From assembly GCA_964433025.1 (NCBI GenBank), contig CAYSPV010000003.1, forward strand, positions 1,194 to 65,193: a stretch of DNA of 64,000 nt. The letters are read 5' to 3'. The DNA is from an uncultured Staphylococcaceae bacterium (GTDB lineage: Bacteria; Bacillota_I; Bacilli_A; RFN20; CAG-826). This document shows positions 26,213-37,747 of this stretch, in pieces. Position 1 is the stretch's first letter. Each line of letters begins with the position of its first letter. Position numbers and translations under genes: made by a program. The notes under the pieces were generated by a model. That model saw only the letters and a program-made list of their open reading frames with translations. It was not told the DNA's origin and did no database searches.

Positions 26213-28054
26213 ATGGCTAAAAAAAATCTAGAAAACAATAATCGTAAAGTTAATGTTTCTACCAAAGTAAGTGCATCTAAATCACTTGGTAAAGTTAATG
26301 ATGGTGTATTTGTTTATACAGGCAATATTTCGGTAAATGAACTTGCTAAACAATTAGATGTACTGGCTAGCGATATTATTAAATATTTCTTTATGAAGGG
26401 TCAAATTATTAATATCAACTCTATCTTAGATGATGAGATGATAGGTACGATATGTTTAGAATACGGTTATGATTTCCAAAAAAAGGAAATCGTAGACGCT
26501 GAAGATTTTGAAAATTTACAAATTCAAGATGAAGAAAAAGATCTTCAACCTAGACCTCCAGTAGTCACTATTATGGGTCATGTTGACCATGGTAAGACTA
26601 CTTTAATTGATGCGATTAGAAATTCTAATCTAGTGGATAAAGAAATTGGAGGTATTTCTCAATCTATTGGTGCTTATCAAGTTGAATTAAACAATAAAAA
26701 GATTACATTTATTGACACTCCTGGACATGAAGCCTTTACGGCGATGAGAAGTAGAGGAGCTTCAGTTACTGATATTGTTATATTAGTGGTGGCCGCAGAT
26801 GATGGAGTAATGCCTCAAACAGTTGAGGCTATTGATCATGCAAAAGCAGCCCATGTTCCAATAATTGTCGCTATTAATAAAATAGATAAACCAGGAGCAG
26901 ATCCTTCTAAAGTTAAAAATGATTTATTAGCCCATGATATTGTTTTAGAAGAATATGGTGGAGATGTAATAGCGGTAGAAATTTCTGCTAAACAAAAAAT
27001 AAATATAGATAAATTATTAGAAACTGTCTTACTTGTCGCAGAAATGCAACAACTAACTGCAAATCCTAATAGATACGCAATTGGGGTAGTATTAGAAGCA
27101 GAATTAGATAAACAAGAAGGTCCTAAAGCGACTTTATTAATTCAAAATGGAACATTAAAAAGCGGTGATTATTTAGTAGTGGGTAGTTGTTTTGGTAAAG
27201 TAAGAAGAATGACTAATGAATATAAAAAAGTTTTAAATGTGGCTTTACCTGCTACACCAGTCGCAGTTATCGGTTTAAGTGAAGTTCCTCACGCTGGTGA
27301 TCATTTTATGGCTTTTGAATCTGAAAAAGAAGCCAAAGAAATTACTACCAGAAGAAAATTAATAAAAGAACAAAAAGAAAAGAAATTTAGTTCTGCTGCT
27401 ACTTTAGAAGATTTATTTAATATGAAAAAAGAAGGAGAAATCCAAAACATTAATATCATATTAAAAGCCGATTCTACAGGTAGTGCGGAAGCGGTTAAAT
27501 CTTCTTTAGAAAAAATAAATGTTGAAGATGTAAAAATTAATGTAATACGGGCTACAAGTGGGGCCATTACTGAATCTGATGTTTTACTTGCATCGGCATC
27601 TAAAGCTATTATTTATGGTTTTAATGTTAGACCTGATGCAAAAACTAGAGCTAAAGCTTTAGAAGAAAAAGTAGAAATTAGACTTCAAAGAATTATTTAT
27701 GCTTTAATTGAAGAAATTGAAGCTGCTGCTAAAGGTTTATTAAAACCCAAACTAGTGGAAAAAATAATTGGTCAAGCTGAGATTAGACAACTATTTAAAG
27801 TCTCTAAATTAGGCACAATTGCAGGTTGTATGGTTATCGATGGACAAATTAAAGCATCTAGTCCTATTAGAGTTATTAGAGATGGTGTAGTTATTTATGA
27901 AGGTAAAATAGCGTCTTTAAGAAGAGGAAAAGACCAAGTAAAAGAAGTAAATAAAGGTTTTGAATGTGGTATTTTAATTGAAAACTTTAATGATATTAAA
28001 GAATTAGATATCATTGAACAATATGAAATGATTGAGGTTAAAGATGAAAAATAA
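26213..28054 (+). CDS. infB: Translation initiation factor IF-2.
   Basis: GTPase motifs [17 protein letters not shown] and NKID. Confidence 0.95.
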   Translation: MAKKNLENNNRKVNVSTKVSASKSLGKVNDGVFVYTGNISVNELAKQLDVLASDIIKYFFMKGQIININSILDDEMIGTICLEYGYDFQKKEIVDAEDFENLQIQDEEKDLQPRPPVVTIMGHVDHGKTTLIDAIRNSNLVDKEIGGISQSIGAYQVELNNKKITFIDTPGHEAFTAMRSRGASVTDIVILVVAADDGVMPQTVEAIDHAKAAHVPIIVAINKIDKPGADPSKVKNDLLAHDIVLEEYGGDVIAVEISAKQKINIDKLLETVLLVAEMQQLTANPNRYAIGVVLEAELDKQEGPKATLLIQNGTLKSGDYLVVGSCFGKVRRMTNEYKKVLNVALPATPVAVIGLSEVPHAGDHFMAFESEKEAKEITTRRKLIKEQKEKKFSSAATLEDLFNMKKEGEIQNINIILKADSTGSAEAVKSSLEKINVEDVKINVIRATSGAITESDVLLASASKAIIYGFNVRPDAKTRAKALEEKVEIRLQRIIYALIEEIEAAAKGLLKPKLVEKIIGQAEIRQLFKVSKLGTIAGCMVIDGQIKASSPIRVIRDGVVIYEGKIASLRRGKDQVKEVNKGFECGILIENFNDIKELDIIEQYEMIEVKDEK

Positions 28055-28379
28055 ATCTTTACACATTCAAGCTTTACTAGCTAGAAATATTTCTAAGATT
28101 ATTCAAACGGATTTAAATGATCCAAATTTAGCTTTTGTTTCTATTCCTGAAGTTAAAGTATCTCCTGATAGAAGTTATGCTAAAGTTTATGTTTCTATTC
28201 TTGATGAAAAACAAATAAATAAAACGATGAAAATCTTAGAAAAATCTAAAGGATATATAAGATCTCAATTAGCGAAAATGATGGACACTAGACGTGTACC
28301 TCAAATTAGTTTTGTTATTGATGATTCATTTAAAAAAGCTCAAGAATTAGATAAATTAATAAGTGATATTAATAAATAA
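28032..28379 (+). CDS. rbfA: Ribosome-binding factor A.
   Basis: RbfA-like sequence and synteny after infB. Confidence 0.85.
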   Translation: MRLKMKNKSLHIQALLARNISKIIQTDLNDPNLAFVSIPEVKVSPDRSYAKVYVSILDEKQINKTMKILEKSKGYIRSQLAKMMDTRRVPQISFVIDDSFKKAQELDKLISDINK

Positions 28380-28386
28380 ATATTTA

Positions 28387-29580
28387 TTAAACTTTTAAAA
28401 TCATCTTAATGTGTTTTATATTAACTTCTTTAAATGGTTTTCCTACACATTTAAAATTATATTTTTCATATAGGTATTTATATTGATATTGAGCATTAAC
28501 TTCAATAGTGATAGGGGTATACATCTTTTTAATATGTTTAATTAAAAATTTAATTAACTGTGATGCATATCCTTTATTTCTATATTTAGGAAGTATAGCT
28601 AGTCTTTGTATATAAATAACATCATCTTCTTTTAATAATCTAAATGTACCAATACATTTTTCTTTTAATAAGATTAAATAAGAATCAGAATTAATTTCTT
28701 CATCTTTAACAAATTCTTTGTTATAGGGAATATTTTCTTCTTTTATAAATACTTGTAATCTGATATTTAATTCATCTATATAGTCTTGTTTATCATATAC
28801 AGGTTTAATAGTTAAACCTTTTTGATTTATTTGAATAGCAGAGTGCATGTCCCAAAGATTATATTGTTTTTTATTATCTAATAAAGTTAAAAAATTCTTC
28901 TTTGATGGTGAAAACTCTTTATAGATTTGGTTCACTAATGTTTTTATATCTTCTCTAGTAGTATGTTTATCAGCAGGACAAGATGAACCAATAACATTTA
29001 TTTTTTCTTCTTTAATTAGTTTTTTAATATCTTCTTCATAAACAAATATAAATGGTCTAATAAATGTTACATCATCTTTTGATAGATGCATTTTAGGAGA
29101 GAATGTCGCTACTTTTCCTGAATAAAACATATTCATAAATAAAGTCTCAATTGCGTCATCTAGGTGGTGGGCAAAGGCGACTTTATTAAACTTTAATCTT
29201 TTAGCCACTTTATCTATACAAGCTTTTTTCATTTTAGAACATATAGAACAAGGTAAATGGTTTAATTTTTGTAAGACTTGTTGTTTAGCTAAAATAGGAT
29301 ATACAGTCTTACAATCTTCAATAATTAATTCATACCCTAAATTTTTACAAAAATTAATGACATTATCAAAATTAGAATTAGGAAATCCTAAATCTAAAAG
29401 CACTGGTTGTAATTTAAATTTAGTATGCTCAAATTTGCTATAAATATCTAAAGCATAAAATAACGCTAGGGAGTCTTTACCTCCAGATATTCCTACAACA
29501 ACTTTATCATTAATTTCAAATAGATTATATTTTTGATCGGCTTGACGAATACAGGCTAGTAGGGTTCTAATTGCTTTCAT
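28387..29580 (-). CDS. Fusion protein: N-terminal PP-loop ATPase (TtcA/TilS-like tRNA-modification fold) plus C-terminal GNAT acetyltransferase domain.
   Basis: PP-loop SGGKDS; cysteine motifs CSICSK and SSCP; C-terminal GNAT motif A IQRLAILPKYRNKGYASQLI. Confidence 0.7.
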   Translation of the reverse strand: MKAIRTLLACIRQADQKYNLFEINDKVVVGISGGKDSLALFYALDIYSKFEHTKFKLQPVLLDLGFPNSNFDNVINFCKNLGYELIIEDCKTVYPILAKQQVLQKLNHLPCSICSKMKKACIDKVAKRLKFNKVAFAHHLDDAIETLFMNMFYSGKVATFSPKMHLSKDDVTFIRPFIFVYEEDIKKLIKEEKINVIGSSCPADKHTTREDIKTLVNQIYKEFSPSKKNFLTLLDNKKQYNLWDMHSAIQINQKGLTIKPVYDKQDYIDELNIRLQVFIKEENIPYNKEFVKDEEINSDSYLILLKEKCIGTFRLLKEDDVIYIQRLAILPKYRNKGYASQLIKFLIKHIKKMYTPITIEVNAQYQYKYLYEKYNFKCVGKPFKEVNIKHIKMILKV

Positions 29581-29617
29581 ATAAAAATAATTATATTATT
29601 TTAAGTGGTAAAAATAA

Positions 29618-30484
29618 ATGATTAATGGAATGTTATTAATAGATAAACCTATAGGTTATACATCACAAGATATCTGTAATAAAATCAAACATATTTTACA
29701 TGTAAAAAAGGTCGGTCATTGTGGCACCTTAGACCCTTTTGCAAGCGGTTTAATGATCATCTTAATTAATAACGCCACTAAGCTTCTTCCTTTTATTATG
29801 GAAGAAAGAAAACACTACATTGCAAACATTAAATTAGGTAAAGAAACTGATACCCTTGATAGTGATGGCAATATCATTAAAAACTCTGCAGTTCCTGATT
29901 TAAATAAAGAAAAAATTAACGCCGTTTTACATAGTTTTTTAGGAAAAAGTCTGCAAAAACCGCCTATTTATTCAGCGATTAAAATAAAAGGAAAACCTGC
30001 TTATGATTACGCAAGGAAGGGTATAGATATAGAGTTAAAAGAAAGAGAAATAGAAGTATTTGATATTGAATTATTAGTGTTTAAAAATAATGAAATTTGT
30101 TTTTATTCACATGTAAGTAAAGGTACTTATATTAGGTCTTTAGCAAGTGATATTGCAAATAGATTAGACACTGTTGGGCATCTAAATTCTTTAAGACGAA
30201 TTAGAGTGGGTAACTATGATATAAGTAACGCACTTAAAATTGAGGAAGTAGATGAATCTAAAGTTATTTCTATTAATGAGTGTTTAATAGATTTTCCTAG
30301 TTATATAATTGATGATAAAGATCTATTTAAAGTTAAAAATGGACAACCTTTATTTATTGATAATATGAGTGATGAAAGGATCGCTATTTATTCTAAAAAC
30401 AAAATCTTATTAGCCATTTATCAAAAAGAAAATCAAAATAAATATGTATGTTTAAGAGGTATTAATAACAGTGGAGATAATTAA
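29618..30484 (+). CDS. truB: tRNA pseudouridine(55) synthase TruB.
   Basis: GHCGTLDP catalytic motif. Confidence 0.9.
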   Translation: MINGMLLIDKPIGYTSQDICNKIKHILHVKKVGHCGTLDPFASGLMIILINNATKLLPFIMEERKHYIANIKLGKETDTLDSDGNIIKNSAVPDLNKEKINAVLHSFLGKSLQKPPIYSAIKIKGKPAYDYARKGIDIELKEREIEVFDIELLVFKNNEICFYSHVSKGTYIRSLASDIANRLDTVGHLNSLRRIRVGNYDISNALKIEEVDESKVISINECLIDFPSYIIDDKDLFKVKNGQPLFIDNMSDERIAIYSKNKILLAIYQKENQNKYVCLRGINNSGDN

Positions 30485-31367
30485 ATTTAATAAAGATACT
30501 TATTTAGATTTAAAAGAGGAATGTTTATTATGTATAGGCTTTTTTGATGGAATGCATTTAGGACATCAACAGTTATTTAAAAAAGCCTTAACATATCCTT
30601 ATAAAAGATATGCTTTAACTTTTAATTCATCTTTTAAAAATGATAAGTTAATTACTCCATTTAAAGAAAAGATATCTTTAATAAAAAAATATCAAATAGA
30701 AAAAGTATTTGTTATTGATTTAAATGAAAAATTAATTAAAACATCTCCTATTGATTTTATTAATTTATATCTAAAAAAGATAAATCCTAAACTTATTATA
30801 TGTGGTGAAGATTTTAGATTTGGATTTAATAATGAAGGGGATGCTGATTTATTAAAACAACATTTTAATGTTGATGTTATTAAATTATTAACATTAGATG
30901 ATCAAAAAGTATCATCTACATTAATAAGACAATATTTAGTCAATGGTGATATTAAAAGGGCTAATAAGTATCTAGGATATAATTATTTTTATTATGGAAT
31001 AATTAAAAAAGGTTTAGGTAATGGGGCTAAACTAGGTTATAAAACTGCAAACATTGATATAGATAAAAATTTAGTTAATCTAAGAAATGGTGTTTATATT
31101 TGTGATATTAAAATTAATGATAGTATCTATCATGGTATTTCTAATATAGGTATTCATCCTTCTATATCTAAATTAGACACTCCAATATTAGAGGCTCATA
31201 TTTTTGATATAGATGATGTAGAAGTAGGAGAACAAATAACCATCATTTTTTATGATTTTATAAGAGATGAAATTAAATTTGATGATATAGAAATGTTAAA
31301 ATCACAAATAAATAAAGACATTGATATAGCTAAATCATATTTTATAAATAAAAATGATTGCAATTAA
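30471..31367 (+). CDS. ribF: Bifunctional riboflavin kinase / FMN adenylyltransferase.
   Basis: FAD synthetase N-terminal domain (GFFDGMHLGHQ) plus a riboflavin kinase C-terminal domain. Confidence 0.85.
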   Translation: MEIIKFNKDTYLDLKEECLLCIGFFDGMHLGHQQLFKKALTYPYKRYALTFNSSFKNDKLITPFKEKISLIKKYQIEKVFVIDLNEKLIKTSPIDFINLYLKKINPKLIICGEDFRFGFNNEGDADLLKQHFNVDVIKLLTLDDQKVSSTLIRQYLVNGDIKRANKYLGYNYFYYGIIKKGLGNGAKLGYKTANIDIDKNLVNLRNGVYICDIKINDSIYHGISNIGIHPSISKLDTPILEAHIFDIDDVEVGEQITIIFYDFIRDEIKFDDIEMLKSQINKDIDIAKSYFINKNDCN

Positions 31368-31470
31368 TCTATGATTAAGGTAAATTAATAGTCGCGACTT
31401 ATTCGCTGATTGATGAATCTCCAACGTCATTCGATGAATAAGCTAAGAAATTAAAATAGGAGGAAAGAAA

Positions 31471-31740
31471 ATGGCACTTAGTAAAGCTGAAAAACAAGCT
31501 ATTATTAATGAATTTGGCAAAAACCCCAATGACAGCGGTTCTACCGAGGTCCAAATTGCCTTATTAACTAATCAAATTTCTCAACTTACTGCCCATTTAA
31601 AACAACACAAAAAAGATCACTCATCTCATAGATCTTTACTTGTCTTAGTAGGTCAAAGAAGAGCCTTATTAGATTATTTAGCTAAAAATGATCGTGAAGC
31701 TTATCTAAAATTAATTGCTAGATTAGGTTTACGTAAATAA
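31471..31740 (+). CDS. rpsO: 30S ribosomal protein S15.
   Basis: 89 aa with conserved S15 sequence. RBS is AGGAGG. Confidence 0.95.
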   Translation: MALSKAEKQAIINEFGKNPNDSGSTEVQIALLTNQISQLTAHLKQHKKDHSSHRSLLVLVGQRRALLDYLAKNDREAYLKLIARLGLRK

Positions 31741-31762
31741 TAATCTATAAAACTAGTAAATT

Positions 31763-31787
31763 AACTCGCAAATCGCGAGTTTTTTTA
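31763..31787 (+). terminator. Rho-independent terminator after rpsO (ACTCGC-aaat-GCGAGT, then T7).
   Basis: GC-containing 6-bp stem plus a U-tract. Confidence 0.7.
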
Positions 31788-31886
31788 TTGATTTTGATCT
31801 AATTAATTTTAATTAATTAATATGTTTATTTTTGCTTATAAGTGGTATATAATTTTGACGTATATTTAAGAAAGAGAGAAAAAGAT

Positions 31887-34079
31887 ATGAAGAAAGTATT
31901 CGAATTAGAATTCGAAGGAAAGACATTTAAAGTTGAGACAAATGAAATTGCTAAACAAGCCGATGGAGCTTGCCTAATCCGTTATAATGATACCGTTGTT
32001 CTTTCCACAGTATGTGCCTCAGATTTACCTAAAGAAGGAGACTTTTTTCCTTTAACTGTTCAATATGAAGAAAAACAATATGCAGTAGGTAAAATCCCTG
32101 GTTCATTTTTAAGAAGAGAAGGTAGAGCAGGCGAACACGCTACCTTGACTGCAAGACTAATAGATAGACCTATTAGACCTATGTTTGCCGATGGTTTTAG
32201 AAATGAAGTTCAAATTGTAAACACTGTTATGAGTGTTGATGTAGATGCTTCTAGTGAAATGGCGGCTATGCTTGGTTCTTCACTAGCGTTATGCATTTCT
32301 GACATTCCATTTGATGGACCTATTGCAGGTGTTCAAGTTGGTAGAGTTAATGGTCAATTTGTAATTAATCCTACTGTAGAACAAAAAGAATTATCTGATA
32401 TTAATTTAACTGTTGCTGGTACAAAAGATGCTATTAATATGGTGGAAGCAGGGGCTGATCAAGTCAGTGAAGACGATATGTTAGATGCTTTAATGTTTGG
32501 ACATGATGCCATTAAAAGACTATGTGATTGGCAAATAGAAATTGCAAAAGAAATAGGAAAACCAAAAAGAGAAATTGAACTTTATAAAATTGATGAAGAA
32601 ATTGAAAATGATGTTATATCAAGAAGCAAAGATAGATTGTGCAAAGCTATTTCTATTTTTGATAAGTTAGAAAGACAAGACGCAATTGATGCCATACAAA
32701 AAGAAATCTTAGATGATTATGATTTAAGAAAATATGAAGATGAAAAAACGCATCAAAAAACTATGTCTATGGTAAGACAAGTTTTAGAAGAAATTGTCGC
32801 TAATGAAGTTAGAAGATTAATCACAGAAGAAAAAATTAGACCTGATGGTAGAAAAGTAGATGAAATTAGACCTTTAGATGCTCAAGTTGATATACTTCCT
32901 AGAGTCCATGGATCTGCGATGTTTACAAGAGGTCAAACTCAAGTTATTTCTATTACTACATTAGGGGCTAAATCTGATGAACAAATATTAGATAGTTTAG
33001 ATGGTGAAGATTCTAAACGCTGGATGCATCATTATAACTTCCCTCCATTTTCTGTTGGTGAAGTTGGAAGAATGGGCTCTCCAGGTAGAAGAGAAATAGG
33101 TCATGGTGCATTAGGAGAAAGAGCCTTATCTTATGTTTTACCTAGTGAAGAAGAATTTCCTTACACTATTAGAACTGTAGCGGAAGTTTTAGAAAGTAAT
33201 GGTTCATCATCTCAAGCTAGTATATGCGCTAGCTGTATGTCTTTAATGGCAGCAGGTGTACCAATTAAAGAAATGGTATCTGGTATTGCTATGGGTTTAA
33301 TTTCAAGTGGACCTTTAGATGGAAAACATCCCTATACCATCTTAACTGATATTCAAGGTTTAGAAGACCATTTTGGCGATATGGATTTTAAAGTCGCAGG
33401 TACTAAAAATGGTATTACAGCTTTACAAATGGATATCAAAATTAAAGGTGTTACTAGAGAAGTCTTAAAAGAAGCTTTAGCGCAAGCTCATGTGGCTAGA
33501 GCTAAAATTAGAGAAGTAATGGCATCTGCTATATCTAAGCCAAGAGATGATGTTTCTAAATATGCACCTAAGATGGAAACATTTAAAATTGATCCATCTA
33601 AAATTAAAGATGTTATTGGTACAGGTGGAAAAATTATTAATGAGATTATAGCTAACTGTGATAATTGTAAAATTGATATTGAAGATGATGGTCAAGTTAC
33701 TATCTATCATATGGATAGAGACACCATTAGAAAAGCAAGACAAATCATCGATGATATTGTAAGAGAAGCCCAAGTTGGTGAAATTTATGAAGGTGTTGTC
33801 ACTAGAGTGGAAGATTTTGGTGCTTTTGTAAAATTATTTGGAAATTGTGAAGGTTTATGTCATGTTTCTAGACTAGGTTGGGGCTATATTGAAAAAGCTA
33901 GTGATATCGTAAAAGTTGGTGACACTTTAAAAGTTAAAGTCATTGAAATTGATGATCATGGTAAAATTAAAGTTTCTCATAAAGAATTTTTAGAAAAACC
34001 TGCTTTTGAAGAGACGAATAATAAAAAAGAAAGCTTTAAAAATAAAAAGCTAGGTAATTTTATTAATCGTAAAAAATAA
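31887..34079 (+). CDS. pnp: Polyribonucleotide nucleotidyltransferase (PNPase). The track ORF starts at 31842, but the start at 31887 (MKKVFELEF) is more likely.
   Basis: Two RNase PH domains, KH and S1. Confidence 0.9.
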   Translation: MKKVFELEFEGKTFKVETNEIAKQADGACLIRYNDTVVLSTVCASDLPKEGDFFPLTVQYEEKQYAVGKIPGSFLRREGRAGEHATLTARLIDRPIRPMFADGFRNEVQIVNTVMSVDVDASSEMAAMLGSSLALCISDIPFDGPIAGVQVGRVNGQFVINPTVEQKELSDINLTVAGTKDAINMVEAGADQVSEDDMLDALMFGHDAIKRLCDWQIEIAKEIGKPKREIELYKIDEEIENDVISRSKDRLCKAISIFDKLERQDAIDAIQKEILDDYDLRKYEDEKTHQKTMSMVRQVLEEIVANEVRRLITEEKIRPDGRKVDEIRPLDAQVDILPRVHGSAMFTRGQTQVISITTLGAKSDEQILDSLDGEDSKRWMHHYNFPPFSVGEVGRMGSPGRREIGHGALGERALSYVLPSEEEFPYTIRTVAEVLESNGSSSQASICASCMSLMAAGVPIKEMVSGIAMGLISSGPLDGKHPYTILTDIQGLEDHFGDMDFKVAGTKNGITALQMDIKIKGVTREVLKEALAQAHVARAKIREVMASAISKPRDDVSKYAPKMETFKIDPSKIKDVIGTGGKIINEIIANCDNCKIDIEDDGQVTIYHMDRDTIRKARQIIDDIVREAQVGEIYEGVVTRVEDFGAFVKLFGNCEGLCHVSRLGWGYIEKASDIVKVGDTLKVKVIEIDDHGKIKVSHKEFLEKPAFEETNNKKESFKNKKLGNFINRKK

Positions 34080-34098
34080 AAAAATAATTAATTAAGAT

Positions 34099-34136
34099 AA
34101 ATCCTATCTTTTTTAAGGTAGGATTTATTTTTATTT
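34099..34136 (+). terminator. Rho-independent terminator after pnp (AAATCCTATC...GGTAGGATTT plus a T-rich tail).
   Basis: 9-10 bp stem with one mismatch, followed by ATTTTTATTT. Confidence 0.6.
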
Positions 34137-34174
34137 ATACATTTAATATAATGATATTTAAGGATGTTTAAGAT

Positions 34175-35062
34175 ATGGAAAAAATAATTAAAAAAGCCGT
34201 TATTCCTGCTGCAGGACTTGGAACTAGATTTTTACCTGCTACAAAAGCTATGGCCAAAGAAATGCTTCCTATAGTGGATATTCCCACATTACAATATCAA
34301 ATAAAAGAAGCAATTGAGGCTGGATGTGAAGAAATTATATTAATAATTAATGACGCTAAAAAACAAATCGTAGACCATTTTAAAAGAGATATTGAATATG
34401 AAAATTATTTAATATCTAAAGGTAAAGAAAATGATGCAGAAGTAATTAAAGACTTAACTACAATGGCTAAAATTACTTATGTATATCAACAAGAAGCTAA
34501 AGGTTTAGGACATGCTATTTTATGTTGTAAAGAAGCAATAAATAATGAACCTTTTATTGTTATTTTAGGTGATGATTTAATCGTTAATGAAAATGGTGAT
34601 AATGTTTCTAGACAACTAGTAAATATCTATAATCAATATCACTGTGCGATTATTGGTTGTCAAAATGTTAAAGATAGTGAAGTTTCAAAATATGGAATCA
34701 TGTCTTTAAAAGGAGAATTAGTTAATAGAATTGGTTATTTAAAAGATATGGTGGAAAAACCTAAATTAGAAGATGCACCCTCAAGATTAGCGTGTCTCGG
34801 TAGATATTTATTAACTAGTGATATTTTTGAAATATTAGAAAACACTAAACCTGCTAAAAATGGAGAAATTCAATTAACTGATGCAATTCAGACTTTATGT
34901 AATAAAAAAGATGTTATTGTCTATGATTTTATTGGTAGAAGATATGATGTAGGCGATAAATATGGCTATGTAGAAGCAGTTATTGATTTTGCTTTAAAAA
35001 GAGATGATTTAAAAGATAAAGTTTTAGATCATATTAAAGAAATAATTAAAAATAAGGATTAA
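34175..35062 (+). CDS. galU: UTP--glucose-1-phosphate uridylyltransferase.
   Basis: AVIPAAGLGTRFLPATKAMAKEMLPIV nucleotidyltransferase motif. Confidence 0.9.
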   Translation: MEKIIKKAVIPAAGLGTRFLPATKAMAKEMLPIVDIPTLQYQIKEAIEAGCEEIILIINDAKKQIVDHFKRDIEYENYLISKGKENDAEVIKDLTTMAKITYVYQQEAKGLGHAILCCKEAINNEPFIVILGDDLIVNENGDNVSRQLVNIYNQYHCAIIGCQNVKDSEVSKYGIMSLKGELVNRIGYLKDMVEKPKLEDAPSRLACLGRYLLTSDIFEILENTKPAKNGEIQLTDAIQTLCNKKDVIVYDFIGRRYDVGDKYGYVEAVIDFALKRDDLKDKVLDHIKEIIKNKD

Positions 35063-35064
35063 AG

Positions 35065-36507
35065 ATGTTTGATATTATTATTGTTGGCGCTGGTATTGTT
35101 GGTTCAATGATAGCAAGAAAATTATCTAAATATGATTTAGATATTTTAGTCATTGAAAAAGAAAATGATGTAGGAAATGTTACTACAACGGCCAATAGCG
35201 CTATCATTCATAGTGGTTATGACCCCTTACCAGGTACATTAAAAGCTAAATTAAATGTTTTAGGTAATAAACAATTTGATCAATTAGCTAAAGAATTAGA
35301 TGTTAAATTTATAAGAAATGGTTCTATTACTTTATGTTTAGATAAAGAAGATTTACCAATTCTTGATGAACTTTATAAAAGAAGTCAAATAAATGGAGTG
35401 GAATCTCACATACTAGAAAAAGAAGAACTATTAAAATTAGAACCTAATATTTCAGATAATGTTATTAAAGGTTTATATTTTCCAAGCGCAGGTATTATTG
35501 ATCCATTTAATTTATGTATACATGCGATGGAAAATGCTTGTGAAAATGGTGTTAAACTTCATTTAAATGAAAAGGTCATTAATATTAAAAAAGAAGGTGA
35601 TTATTTTAATCTAATTACTTCTAGAAGTAATTATAATAGTAAAATCATCATCAACTGTGCAGGTTATTTTAGCGATGAAATCGCTTCTTTTATTGAAGAT
35701 ATTGATTTTAAAATTATTCCAAGAAAAGGCGAATATTTTGTTTTAGATCATTTTGATGATAATTATTTAAAACATACTTTATTTACTTTACCTACAAGTA
35801 AGGGTAAAGGTGTATTAATATCTCCAACTTCATCAAATAATTATATAGTGGGTCCTTCTAGTGAAGAATCTTTAAAAGATGATTTTTCCTGCGATAAATA
35901 TACTTTAGATAAAGTAAAAGAAGATGCTTTAAAAATGGTTAAATATATACCTTTTAATCAACAAATTAGAACTTTTTCAGGAATAAGAGCTACACCTTCT
36001 AGTCATGATTTTATTATTCAATCTTCTAAAATTGATAAATATTTTATTAATGTCTGTGGAATAGAATCTCCAGGATTAGCAGCTTCTCCTGCAATTGCAG
36101 ATTATGTAATAGAAAATCTAATTTCTCCTCTTATTAATTTAAAAGAAAAATCTAATTATAATCCTTATGTTAGACCTTATATTAGATTTAATGAATTATC
36201 ATTAGAAGAACAAGATAAATTAATCAAACAAGATAAAGATTTTGCCTGTATGGTTTGTTATTGTGAAAAAGTAACACTTGGTGAAATAAAAGATAATTTA
36301 AATAGATATGTTAAACCATTAACTATTAAAGCTATTAAAAAAAGAACTAGAGCGGGTTTTGGTAAGTGTCAAGGTGGATTTTGTCAAGGTAGTGTTATTG
36401 AAATATTAGCCAGTTATTTTAATAAATCAGTGTTTGATATTTTATATGATAAAGATGGATCTAATTTACTTTATTATGAGACCAAAGTAGGTGATAAAAA
36501 TGAATAG
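35065..36507 (+). CDS. GlpA/GlpO-like FAD-dependent glycerol-3-phosphate dehydrogenase/oxidase with a C-terminal BFD-like [2Fe-2S] domain.
   Basis: FAD fold IIIVGAGIVGSMIA; C-terminal CMVCYCEKVT...C...C. Confidence 0.75.
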   Translation: MFDIIIVGAGIVGSMIARKLSKYDLDILVIEKENDVGNVTTTANSAIIHSGYDPLPGTLKAKLNVLGNKQFDQLAKELDVKFIRNGSITLCLDKEDLPILDELYKRSQINGVESHILEKEELLKLEPNISDNVIKGLYFPSAGIIDPFNLCIHAMENACENGVKLHLNEKVINIKKEGDYFNLITSRSNYNSKIIINCAGYFSDEIASFIEDIDFKIIPRKGEYFVLDHFDDNYLKHTLFTLPTSKGKGVLISPTSSNNYIVGPSSEESLKDDFSCDKYTLDKVKEDALKMVKYIPFNQQIRTFSGIRATPSSHDFIIQSSKIDKYFINVCGIESPGLAASPAIADYVIENLISPLINLKEKSNYNPYVRPYIRFNELSLEEQDKLIKQDKDFACMVCYCEKVTLGEIKDNLNRYVKPLTIKAIKKRTRAGFGKCQGGFCQGSVIEILASYFNKSVFDILYDKDGSNLLYYETKVGDKNE

Positions 36508-37747
36508 TGTTGATTTATTAATTATTGGTGGTGGCTCGGCTGGCTTAGGCGCGGCAATTAAAGCTTATCAAGAAGGCATAAAAGATATTTTAATTATTGA
36601 AAAAGATGAACAATTAGGTGGTATTTTAAATCAATGCATTCATGATGGTTTTGGTTTAGATGTTTTTAAAGAAGAATTAAGTGGACCTGAATATGCTTAT
36701 AGATTCTATAAGCAAATCGATAAGCTAGGTATTAAGTATTTACTAAATACTTCAATTTTATCTATTAGTGATGATTTTGAAGTTAGATATATTAATGATG
36801 AGGGTGCAAATGTTATAAGAGCTAAAGCGATCGTGTTTGCTACTGGCTGTTATGAAAGAAATGCAGGGGCCATCTCATTAATGGGAGATAGACCAGCGGG
36901 GGTATACACTGCAGGTGCCGCTCAGAAATTTTTAAATATTAAAGGCTATATGCCTGCTAAAAAGGTCGTTATTTTAGGAAGTGGTGATATTGGTTTGATT
37001 ACCGCACGTAGAATGACTTTAGAAGGAGCAAAAGTTTTAGCAGTTTTAGAAATTATGCCTTATTCAAATGGTTTAGTTAGAAACATTAAACAATGTTTAG
37101 AAGATTATGATATTCCTTTATATTTATCTACGACAGTTAAAGAAGTTAAAGGTAAGTCTAGATTAGAAAAAGTAATAGCCGCAAAAGTGGATGAAAACTT
37201 TAATTTTATTGAAGGTAGTGAGATAGAATTTGAGGCTGATACTTTGCTTTTAAGTGTTGGTTTAGTGCCTAATGTTAACTTATTAAATCCTTTAAATGTA
37301 GAGATATCATCCACTAAAGGACCAGTTGTAGATGAATTTATGCAGACATCTAAAGATGGTTTATTTGCTTGTGGTAATTGTTTACATGTTCATGATTTAG
37401 TGGATTATGTTACTAGTGAAGGCTATTTAGCGGGCTACGGCGCCTCCCTATACTTAAAAAACCAAATCAAAAAGACTAGAAATATAAAGGTTATACCTTT
37501 AAATAATGTTAGTTATGTTGTCCCACAACACATTATTAGTGATTCTTTAAATGAAATTGAATTTAAATTTAGAGTTAAAAAGCCTTGTAAAAATGTTGAT
37601 ATTGTTATTAAAAGTGATGATAAGGTAATTAGAAGAATTCCAAAATTAGCTTTACTTCCTTCTGAAATGCAAAATATTAAGATTAATATAATGAATTTAG
37701 AAGATATTAATGATAATATATATGTAGATGTCGAGATTAAACAATGA
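36491..37747 (+). CDS. NAD(P)/FAD-dependent oxidoreductase (pyridine nucleotide-disulfide family).
   Basis: LLIIGGGSAGLGAAI FAD motif and a second GSGDIGL Rossmann. Confidence 0.75.
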   Translation: MIKMNSVDLLIIGGGSAGLGAAIKAYQEGIKDILIIEKDEQLGGILNQCIHDGFGLDVFKEELSGPEYAYRFYKQIDKLGIKYLLNTSILSISDDFEVRYINDEGANVIRAKAIVFATGCYERNAGAISLMGDRPAGVYTAGAAQKFLNIKGYMPAKKVVILGSGDIGLITARRMTLEGAKVLAVLEIMPYSNGLVRNIKQCLEDYDIPLYLSTTVKEVKGKSRLEKVIAAKVDENFNFIEGSEIEFEADTLLLSVGLVPNVNLLNPLNVEISSTKGPVVDEFMQTSKDGLFACGNCLHVHDLVDYVTSEGYLAGYGASLYLKNQIKKTRNIKVIPLNNVSYVVPQHIISDSLNEIEFKFRVKKPCKNVDIVIKSDDKVIRRIPKLALLPSEMQNIKINIMNLEDINDNIYVDVEIKQ

